DNA of 64,000 bases, from the NCBI RefSeq assembly GCF_006345805.1, contig NC_043000.1, positions 32,860,001-32,924,000 of the forward strand, given 5' to 3'. Below, piece by piece: positions 54,037 through 64,000 of the stretch. The position numbers were made by a program, and so were the translations under genes. Under the pieces are notes generated by a model. The model was not told where the DNA came from. It made no database searches and saw only the letters and a list, made by a program, of their open reading frames with translations. Source of the stretch: Octopus sinensis (Eukaryota). Position 1 is the stretch's first letter. Each line of letters begins with the position of its first letter.

Positions 54037-54452
54037 AAAATTACTATTTTTAAATCTCACAATGAGAGATATTCAGCAACAGTACTTTGTAGTAAAGATT
54101 GTTTGCCAACATAACATGGCAGTCCTGGTTTAGGACGAATGTTGCTGTAGTTTAGCCCCAGGAGACATTGTCTCCAGCTGGCTGTACGACACGATTTGTG
54201 TCCTTATATTTTCAAACAAAGGAATCTAGCACCCCCCACTCAGCTCAAAACAATTATTCTGTGCTGATGAAGGGAAATAACCTGGAAATCGTGATACACA
54301 GATATTATTTTGAGCTGGGTGGAGGTGCTAGATTCCCTTGTTCGAAAATATAAGGACACAGATCGTGTTGTATAGCCAGCTGGAGATGATGTCTCCTGGG
54401 GCAACATTCATCCTAAACCAGGACTGCCATGTTATGTTGGCAAACAATCTTT
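54037..54452. mobile_element. Non-coding foldback element with an HHR at the apex and 14-bp TSD
   Basis: AGTGTTAGAGCTAG (54023) / AGTGTTAGAACTAG (54453); arms 54093-54263 and 54297-54453; same family as 44295-44786. Confidence 0.87.
54259..54301 (+). ncRNA. Minimal type I hammerhead ribozyme motif
   Basis: ctgtg CTGATGA aggg-aaataa-cctg GAAA tcgtga TA cacag; stem II closing pair is non-canonical. Confidence 0.65.
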
Positions 54453-56185
54453 AGTGTTAGAACTAGTTTTGAATCCCATGATGGATTCACACAAGAAGAT
54501 ATATGATTAGTTCAGTAAATTCCTGTGGCTGTGTGGTAACAAGCTTGCTTTCCAACCACATGGCTCTGGGTTCAGTCCCACTGTGTGGCACTTTGGCCAA
54601 GTGCCTTCTACTTATGGCTTGGCCCAACCAAAGACTTGTGGGTGGACTTGATAAATGGAAACTGAAATAAGGCGTCGAGCTGGCAGAAATGTTAGCACGC
54701 AAAATGCTTAGCGGTATTTCATCTGCCGCTATGTTCTGAGTTCAAATTCCACCGAGGTTGACTTTGCCTTTCAACCTTTCAGAGTCGATATAATCGACTT
54801 AATCCGTTTGTCTGTCCTTGTTTGTCCCCTCTGTGTATAGCCCCTTGTGGTCAGTAAAGAAATAAGAAACTGAAAGAAGCTTGTCCTATATATGTGTGTC
54901 TCTATTTACCCCCCACACCCCAACCACTGCTCAATAACTAGTGTTGGTGTGTTTACTTCTCCATAACTTAGAGGTTCGACAAAAGAGACCGATAGAATAA
55001 GTACTAGGCTTTAACAAAATTAGTACAAGGGTCAATTCATTTGACTAAGAATTCTTCCAAGGCAGAGCCACAGCATGGCCATGATCTAATGACTGATACA
55101 AGTAAAAGATAAAGGCCAGAATCGTTGCCGAGCAACTCAGGTGGCACCGTGTAGCTGGAGCCATCTTAAACACTCTCATGCAATGCCTTGTGGTGTTGTC
55201 CTCCACTCTGCTCATATAAAATGCAACCAAAACATCATCAAGGCAGTGAACCAACAGAATCACTGATGCATTCAGCAAAATATTTAGTGATATTTCTTCT
55301 GGTTATTATTTTCTGACTGCAAATACTGTTCAGATAAAATCTGTCTTTCATCCTTTTGGGGTTGAAGAAATAAAAGTCAAGCATTAGGGGAAATGGAATC
55401 AACACCCCTCCCCTTAAAATTCCCAGCCCAGTGCCAATATTTCAATCATTTTTATCGTTATTATATATTTAAAGGCAATTCCTACCAAACGATTACATTT
55501 TCTAAAAGTGGCAACCAAACTTTATGTGTTCAATCCTGGCCAAAAAGAGTGAAGCAGCAAATGGAATTTGGTAAGGTGTTATTTCCCAATAAATCACCCT
55601 CAAAGGACACAGGTCATCAAAGAGAACAGAACTCTTAATAAATGCAAAGGTATCCCTAATGATAATTATGGAGATTCACAACCATTTAAGCCAGTAGGAT
55701 GGTTTATTTCTTTAAGAGAATTGGATTGAGACCTGCAGATTCAGTTAAGTAATGTAGAACAAGCATTGTTGTGAACCTTTTGTATAGGATATAACTTGAC
55801 AGTTGTAGTAAGATTTAAATTATTGGATCTTGTGGTCAACCGTTGAGGACCATAACCCCAGAGCCACTGGGCTTCAATGTTTAATGGTTGAAATATAGAA
55901 ATAAAATCAAAAGATTTCTTTAGAAAGATGTGTTGTCCATAACACTAATGATGTTCCTGTGGAGGGTTCTAATTATTCACAAACATTTTAGAGGAAATTC
56001 ACTCAAGTACTGAAACCATTAACAACCTCCGTGGACTGGCTTCAATTGGTTAATGGAACCAAATTAGGGGCCCAACTATTATACAGCTTTGCTCTTTCCC
56101 AACAGAGTTTGAGCCACAAACATACACAGACCAGTCCCCTGCCCCTCCCTGGCCAAAAGATATATCGACATACCCTCTTACTTAC

Positions 56186-56296
56186 TTGCAGAAATAGGAT
56201 GGCAGATGGTGCCACCCTGTCTTCGACTATGGAGTAGAATATTGCCATTAAACGATCCAAAGTAAACAGTTTCGGACCCAAAAGGTGGTTGCTTGT
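56186..56296 (-). CDS. ORC5: ORC5 internal exon (111 nt): [37 protein letters not shown]
   Basis: caatttcag| acceptor and CAA|gtaagt donor; matches ORC5 [24 protein letters not shown]. Confidence 0.96.
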
Positions 56297-57899
56297 CTGA
56301 AATTGAAAAGAACTTTAAAGAATCACCAGAATCAAATGGTTTCCCAAGTTTTTATGGTTGTTGTTGATGTTTGTTTGTTGAGCGAAGTGGTCTTTGTCCC
56401 TTGGGAGAAGTTCGAAACGAGGTCCTTTGCTATTCGTAAGACCCGCAGAAGAGAAAGCAGGTCAACCCCCGATACCGAGAACATCAACAGATGGATGAAT
56501 GCATATCCAGGCTCAGTGGTTGGGTAGGAAGTCGAGGATAAGAAACAGGAAGAAAGAGTGAGCGAAAGAGTACAACAGGGGTCGCCGCCACCACCCCCTG
56601 CCGGAGTGTCGTGGAGCTTTAGGTGTTTTTGCTCAATAAACACACAACGCCTGGTCTGGGAATTGAAACACGATCCTCTGATCGCAAGTCCGCTGCCCTA
56701 ACCACTGGGCCATTGCGCCTCCTGTTGTTGATGTTTAAGCCATGTCAGTCCTGATGAAAGAGGTTCCAGTTATGATTATCCTATCTTTTTTTTTCAGACA
56801 TAGTGTATTTAGGATTACATTTGTCACTGCTACTTCAAGACAATAGGTTTCGGTTTTATTCTGATTTTCTTTATTTTATATCACAGTCGGTGATTTATAG
56901 AATTATTGGTTCCCACCAGTTCACTTCCATTCCAACAGCGAGGAGAATGTCTGGAAGCCTGGAACTGGGTGCATTTCAAAGAACTGCATTGGTCCTCCAC
57001 CCACCATTGCTCATTTCTTCTGCCAATACACACAAACACATACGTGACAGACGTTTTGGCATAGTTTGCTTCAAGCAAATTCCAAAGCCAAAGAAATGGT
57101 GAAGTCGAGGCTAGAGTAGAAGACACTTGCCCCAAGGTGGGATCGATCCTGGAACCATTTAGCTCAAAGTAAACTTCTAAAGCACACAGCCATGTCTGCT
57201 TTGAGATGAGGCCCAAGTTATGAATCACTGGATTAATGGCTGGATTAACAACAAACGAGGAAGAGAAGGAAGGCTTCAGTTGACTGAACTTTTTGCAGAG
57301 CTATTTATTTATTTATTTAGACATGGCAGAAACTAGAACTCATCACCATCATCTTCTAGCGTCCGTTGTCCATGCTGGTATGGGTTGAATGGTTTGATAA
57401 GGTGGCAAGCTGGCAGAAACGTTAGCATGCCGGGCGAAATGCTCAGCGGTATTTCGTCTGCCATAATGTTCTGAGTTCAGATTCTGCCGAGGTCGACTTT
57501 GCCTTTCATCCTTTTGGGGTCGATTAAATAAGTACCAGTTACACACTAGGGTCGATATAATCGACTTAATCCGTTTGTCTGTCCTTGTTTGTTCCCTCTG
57601 TGTTTAGCCCCTTGTGGGTAGTAAAGAAATAGGTTTGACCAGGGCTGGCACGCTGGAAGGCTGTATTAGTCTGGTTTGACTGTGGTTTCTACGGCTGGAT
57701 GCCCTTCCTAATGCCAACCACTCTGAAAGTGTAATGGGTGCCTTTATGTGCCCCTGGCACAAGTGTTACTGGATTGGGAAAACCAAAATACTGCAAACCA
57801 TTACTGAACGCAGTCCGACTTTTCCAGCTTAGAATGTCCAGTATTTTGCAACACTTTATGAGACATTTGACTTATTTATGTCATAACATCTGGCCTTTG

Positions 57900-58560
57900 T
57901 TGTTCAGTTTATTCTGTCTTTCTGGTGGCTGGCAGGTTTTCTGAAGTTAGTATTGCAAACCGTAAGATTGTTTGCGTCACAGAACTCCAGCAGCCTGGTT
58001 CCCTTCTCATTGCGAGAGCCAAAACCGTAGCCTCCATGTATGCCATGGAAACCCCCGACATGTTGTTCAACATGTCCATTGAAGTCACCAGCCACAAAGA
58101 GAAGGTCCCTGTCATTCGTCAATGCGATAGTCTGCAAGAGGGTGTCATAGAATCGGTCATTCTATCCATCGGGTAGCCCTGGCTGAGGGGCATAGGCCGA
58201 GATAATGGTTGCTAACCCATGGTGGAGCACTAATCTAATCTTAAGTATTCTGTCGCATACTCTGACTACCTCAATGACCTTATCTACCCTTTTCTCCGCA
58301 AGAAGTATACCCACACCCCCAACCCCGTCAGTGTTCCCTGCCCAGAAAATCTTGTACCTGTGTTCTTTGCCTGTGAGGAACCTAGCAGAACCACCTCTCT
58401 ACCTAACTTCTTGGATGCAGCACATATCAACACATCTCCGTTCAAGCATCTCAACAATCTCACCAGATCTACCTTTCAGTGTGCCGACGTTGAGAGTGCC
58501 CACCCTGAGGGTGTGGGAGGTATGGGGCCTTGAAACCCTGGAGCGGGGGACAGCAGCATT
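57900..58560 (-). mobile_element. RTE LINE APE endonuclease fragment in an ORC5 intron
   Basis: LRVGTLNVGTLKGRSGEIVEMLERRCVDMCCIQEVR; FVAGDFNGHV. Confidence 0.9.
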
Positions 58561-58648
58561 AAAAAAATAATGCAAACAAGAGGTGCTGAGTGAACTGAAC
58601 CAATTCTTTACTTCATAAAAACAAGAAATGAAAACCAAAATCTCTTAC

Positions 58649-58696
58649 CCTCTCATGTTTCTTTTTCCGGAGACTTCCATAAATCTTGTTAGATTT
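58649..58696 (-). CDS. ORC5: ORC5 internal exon (48 nt): KSNKIYGSLRKKKHER
   Basis: catttcag| acceptor and AGG|gtaaga donor; phase 0/0; basic segment ending KKHER as in ORC5 KKHEK. Confidence 0.88.
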
Positions 58697-58800
58697 CTGA
58701 AATGTAGAAATATTTGTCAAAGGTCAAAAATGATGTTTTTAGAGAAAAAAACTTGGTGTTTAACAATTAAGGGAATTAACCAAAATCTAGCAGACATTAC

Positions 58801-58904
58801 CTTACAAAAAAATCGTCGATCAGTTTTGGCTGGATTGTATGATGCAAGGTAAGCAGCAATTAATAGATATTTAGAATAAAATGGTAATTCCAAATGATTA
58901 CGAC
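58801..58904 (-). CDS. ORC5: ORC5 internal exon (104 nt): (G)[34 protein letters not shown]
   Basis: ccttgcag| acceptor and AAG|gtaatg donor; [20 protein letters not shown] is a hallmark ORC5 C-terminal motif. Confidence 0.96.
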
Positions 58905-59487
58905 CTGCAAGGAAAACGGAAAAATTTCATTAGGGTCAAAGATCAGCACAAAACCAGAAATAGACAAATAAATTGATCTCCCAGTACATGACTGGTATTT
59001 TATTGAATTTGCAAGGTTAAATATTGACTTTAGTGGAATTTGAAGACAGAATATAAAATGCTGGATGAAACACCACAAGGCATTTTGTTCAAATCTTTAA
59101 CAATTCTATAAATTCACTGCTTTAATTTTGGCACAAAGTTACACATAGGCAGGATATTGATAGAATTCTTTGAAATGATTTATTACTGCTGCAACTCCAA
59201 CCACCACCACGGTCACTACTACTACGACCAACAGTCACTGCTACTACTGCTATTTCGGCCACTGGTCATTTAGCCAACGAATCTAGTCAACACACAAGAC
59301 AACTATTATGCTTCCCCTCACAAAAAAGCACCATGTTGAGACTAGTAAGAAACAATTATGAACTTTTTTATTACACTTAACTTTTAAATATATTTTTGAT
59401 AAGGTTCGTATTTTTCAAGAAGAAACGAAACATGTAGAATTTCTAAGAAAATTAAAATTTATCTTATGTAGTGGCATTTTCAAATTT

Positions 59488-59525
<38 letters not shown>

Positions 59526-60487
59526 TGTAAGAATGTATCAGAGTACAGTATAAAGTTTGTTCACCTTCAGGTTTACCCTGTGCTATCCAGTCGTCGTATT
59601 AGGTCTGCATTAGGGCATCTATCATGTGTGAATAGGGAAGTGGAGAAATTGGAGTCAACAAGAAAGAGTACAGTTGGACATCTATTTTCAATCACCACAA
59701 TTATTTCTACGCAATGTAGTTCTTCAGGCATGTAGGTACTTGAGCAGGTAACTGTTTCCCTGCATTACAAGATCTAGTTGAGTTTCCTCAGGTGATATGT
59801 AAGTATTTTGTCCATAAATTTCAATTCTCAGCTTCAAGAGCTTCCACTCTGTCCGTCGTGGCCTGAATTTAGTAGTAGCCACTGAGTTTATCAAGGTGTG
59901 TTGTTGCGAAGGACTGTTGGCAAACTGCTTTGAATGTGTAGATGTAGTGAGATGGTTTTTTTCCAGTATATATATATAAATCAATGATAATTTTGATTAG
60001 GCATAGTGATACTAGTAACTGGTAGTTAGGATTCAATATGCTTGATGCTTTACAGTAAAAGTGTCAGGAAAGTAAATGGCATAATATTAATGAATGAATG
60101 ACAAGAGAACAGGAATCATGTAATTTGTTTCTGCTGTAAACATTACTCTCAGGGCTGAGTGCAGGGAAATAACTCCTGTTGTCTTGTCAGTCACTAACAC
60201 ACACACACACAGACATACCAGTAGGACTGCATCAGGCATGGCCATTTGGTTGTGGAGTTGGCCTTGATATCTTGTGGTTCTGAATTCAATCCTACTTCAC
60301 AGCATTTGACTGTCCCCACCTTAGGTGGATCCAAGCCTTGTGAGTGAAATTAAGAAGACAGACAAAGAGGGTTTGTCACTGAGATGCTTTAAAGCATCTT
60401 CCTCCCACAAACTGCTGAAAGCCATGGATCCCACACTACCTCTTTCTTACTAATACATATAAAACACCAAGGAAGGAGAAAACTGAC

Positions 60488-60561
60488 CTTGAATGGAATG
60501 TAACTGCAGTGCCATCTGTTGGCCAGAGTTTGTATCCTGTTGCATCTTCTCCCATTGTGCA
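60488..60561 (-). CDS. ORC5: ORC5 internal exon (74 nt): (S)AQWEKMQQDTNSGQQMALQLHSIQ(G)
   Basis: ttccag| acceptor and CAAG|gtcagt donor; phases fit both neighbours; SAQWEKMQ resembles ORC5 SSQWEKLQ. Confidence 0.85.
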
Positions 60562-61399
60562 CTGGAACAAGAGAAATGATATGAAGTTTAAGGGACCAGC
60601 TTAGTACAGAAGTTAAATGGTAGAACCAATACTCAATGATTCTGTAGATTAGGGATTACTGAAGAAACATTTGGGGAATTTGACCTCCTGCAAGTGTGTA
60701 TAAGGATAGGCCAGCATCTTGAGCCCTTTTCCTTTTCAATGACTAACTCAGTTAAAAGGGTTTCCAAGGAAGCAAGCACAACTTAATGAAATACTTGTCA
60801 AAAATTCACTGTCAATTATACAGTGACCCAATGTCAACTAGTCAATGCTCTCACTGTCAATAATACACTTCAGCTATTGTTAGTTACATGACACTGAACC
60901 CGTTGCTTCTAATGCAGCAGGAGCAGAGCACCAGCCATGGAATCTATTTAAAAGCTGGAATGAGCCATCTGACCGTTGTGTGTCTTGGCCCCGAAACACA
61001 ACACTGCTATGGTGATATGATATGGCATCACATATTCTTTGATACAGTTACCATGTCTAGCAATGTGCTGTGTCTATGACCAGCATGTTTGACTCTCACT
61101 GGCACTGGTTATTCATCTGTAAATGACCATGGATAGTGGTCAGAGATTTCAGAAATGATGTCACTGTATGCCAAAGAGATATTTCATTGGCTTCCAGTGT
61201 TAAAGGTTAGGTTCTTAGTACCTTTGGACCTTCCAAATACCAATAAGAAAACTTCAGTCAGATTTGTGTCAGGGTTGGTTAATTACTCTTTAATTATTCA
61301 AGGGTGCTGCACAGTGGGATTGAACCCAGAACAATGTGGTTGGGAGCAAACTTCTTACCACACAGCTACGCCTGCACCTTGAAAGTTAAATAACATTTT

Positions 61400-61471
61400 G
61401 GGCTCATCCGGGATTCGATCCCGGGACCTCTCGCACCCTAAGTGAAAATCATACCCCTAGATCAACGAGCT
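61400..61471 (-). pseudogene. tRNA-Pro(AGG) pseudogene
   Basis: 72-nt match to GGCTCGTTGGTCTAGGGGTATGATTCTCGCTTAGGGTGCGAGAGGTCCCGG..., with G1A, G10A, anticodon-stem and T54A changes; no oligo-T terminator directly downstream. Confidence 0.85.
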
Positions 61472-61818
61472 AATCAACCATGGGAGAATGTTACAATGGG
61501 CTGCAAAAACAGAGGAATAAAACTGATGTGAAATTAACCCTTTTCATACTGTTTTTCTACAGAAGAACACTTTTTTTTTCAATTCATTTTGAAAATAAAG
61601 AAAAATTTAGTGAAATAAGTTCATCCAAATTAATCTGGAGTTTGGAACAAAAATCAGAAAGAAATTTTGATTAAAGATTTTAGTTTAGATCACTTGAAAG
61701 CAGGAATTTTGTCTTGTAGAACAAAGGGCTGCTATCAATAGGGTTAAGGGCTTGACTTTATTTGACAGCAAAATGGAGAATTGTAAGGAAGGGAATATAT
61801 ACGGGATGCTGAACTCAC

Positions 61819-61909
61819 CTTGAAACTTCTCGTAAATAAACAGTTTGAAGAGCTTTTTTGAGATGTGGTTCAATATTCTTCCATAATTTCCGACTGTCAT
61901 TCATGGTGG
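61819..61909 (-). CDS. ORC5: ORC5 internal exon (91 nt): (A)[29 protein letters not shown](S)
   Basis: Manual translation; cag|CC acceptor and AAG|gtgagt donor; matches the recalled ORC5 segment [25 protein letters not shown]. Confidence 0.95.
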
Positions 61910-63141
61910 CTGTTGTTACACAAAGACAAAAATCATGAAACCACGAACAACAATTTGGTTTTATTTCTCATTTATTAAAACCTATTTCAAATTGCAGCCA
62001 TCATCATCATAATCATTTCCTTGTTTGTTTTTCTACATGGGCCCAGGGTGAATGACCCAGTGAGACAGCATTAACCCACTTATTAGATCATCGTAATTTA
62101 ATGTCAGCTTTCCATGCTGGCATGGGTTGAACAATTTGACTGAAAACTGTTAAGCCGGTGGGCTGGGCTGCACCAGGTTCCATTCTGATTTGTCATGGTT
62201 TCTATGGCTGGATGTCCTTCCTAATGCCAGCCACTCCGAGAGTGTAATGGGTGTCTTTTATGTGCCAATGATTTGAAATTGGCATCAGCCACGACTAGTC
62301 TTATTTGGCTTGGTATGTCTACACAAATATGGTGTATCACCAAAGGTTTTGGTCACCTGTCACTGCTTCCATGAGGCCCAATGCATGAATGGTGCTTTTT
62401 ATGTGCCACCGGCATTGGTGCCAGTCAGGTGGCACTGGCACCAGCCACAACTATGATTAAAATCCCCTACGTCCACGTAAACAGGAAACAGTCGTAACTA
62501 ATAAAATAGTAATGACTATTTCATGGCTAACTTCCCATCACCAGCATGAACATACAAACCAGACTTGTATGCTTCCTACATGGTTCCACATTCAGTTCCA
62601 CCACACGGCACCTTGGGGAATTGTCTTCTGTTACAGCACTTGGCCAACAAAACCTGGTGACTGGCCTGTTGTGCATGTGTGTGTGTGTGTGTGTGTGTGC
62701 GTGTGTGCGCATCTCTTTGTCTCGACACTGTGTGACAGAGGCAAATGAGTGTCATTGCCACACAAAGAATGTCATTCGTTTTCAATATTCTGTGAAAGTG
62801 TGTCTGGTTGTGAAGAATTATTACATTGCTTGGAAACAAGTGAAGGTCGACAACAAGAATGGCATCTAGCCAAAGAGAGACACCTTAGAATATTCCATCT
62901 GACCCATGCAAGCAAGGAGAAGCATGATGATAATATACTCACAAACACATGCAGACACAAATATGCATACATACATGTGTGCGTGTATATTAATTCTTGA
63001 ACATCAGCGTCATGTTGTCAAGTTGGAATTTCTTTAAAGTTCTGTTAGTTAAGTGTTCAGTGAAACCCTATTTTAAAACACTGATTTTCACCAAACCTTA
63101 ACTAAATGATATGCATCCTAAATATATATATATTTATGCAG

Positions 63142-63177
<36 letters not shown>

Positions 63178-63742
63178 AAGGGCATCCAGCTGTAGAAACT
63201 CTGCCAGATCAGAGTCTGGTGCAGCCTCAGTCAAATCGTCTAACCCATGCTAGCATGGAAAGCAGACGTTAAACGATGATGATGATATATATATATTCAT
63301 ACATACACACACACGAGTGCACATAAGTATGTTCTACAGTTGTCAGCAGCCATCCATTATTAAAATTTACAAATCTGAATATTTGAAAAGAAGTTTTTGT
63401 GTCACTTGGATAGGGTTCTGTAAGCTACCAGCATTTTGATGCTAAGCAGAAAATACATCGCAAACCATATTTCCCATAAATTCTTTACTAGAAGTCTTCG
63501 ATTCATCAATTCCTGGCAGCATTTCTTCTCCGGTTAAATTCGTTACCAATTTTATAACAACGCAGTTATCTCCCTTACATGACGTTTACTTTCTTTCTCA
63601 GTTTTATTTTTCACTGTTCTTCAACTGAAATATTTTTGGGTCTGGACAGTTGGCTGAACTATTTGCAAACCATTTCGTTTTCGGATTTGGTTTGCAAGAT
63701 TCTTTATGTGAGTTCGCGTGTTGAAGCATATTCTGTTGTGTC

Positions 63743-64000
63743 TGGGGAGAGTCATTTTCTTTTTGTGCCTTATAATTTAACACACTCACCGGTAAAATTT
63801 CCACTTATTTCTTATTTTTATTTTCCTAAAATTTTCGTTGTGTCTTGCAACCTTTTCAATAGTTTTGACTATTGAAAAACTATCGAAAAGTTTGCAACAC
63901 GCAACGAAAACTTTAGGAAAATAAAAATAAGAAATAAGTGGAAATTTTACCGGTGAGTGTGTTAAATTATAAGGCACAAAAAAGAAAATGACTCTCCCCA
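63743..64000. repeat. Long near-perfect palindrome, truncated by the window end
   Basis: TGGGGAGAGTC at 63743 complements GACTCTCCCCA at 63990-64000; arms 63743-63866 and 63876-64000. Confidence 0.92.

Noticed and set aside
60504-60525. CTCF-like motif CTGCAGTGCCATCTGTTGGCCA
   Set aside because: It lies wholly inside an ORC5 coding exon, so coding sequence explains it

Overview
AT-rich, microsatellite-dense animal genomic DNA; the SINE/RTE repeat families and (CAT)n tails point to an octopus (genus inferred, species not determinable). One host gene is supported: the 3' half of ORC5 on the minus strand. It has seven GT-AG exons (61909 to the stop at 42862) that splice in frame to an intact C-terminus ending ...SVNFDIIRYLYDFL*; upstream exons lie beyond the window. 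The rest is mostly mobile DNA: several Penelope-like (PLE) remnants, three RTE LINE pieces (one long and young), CRE-like, Hero-like and CR1-like LINE fragments, a complete but dead mariner, a piggyBac-type MITE, a solo LTR with a 4-bp TSD, many tRNA-derived SINEs and a tRNA-Pro pseudogene. An 8.56-kb array of about 22 near-identical ~394-bp units is fused to the 5' side of the young RTE. The most unusual signal is a set of hammerhead-ribozyme (HHR) motifs. Two non-coding, TSD-flanked foldback elements in ORC5 introns carry a minimal HHR at or next to the apex of a 160-210-bp hairpin. Further HHRs sit in a divergent pair of PLE 3' ends and at 5.8 kb. All structures were read by eye; none was computed or tested.
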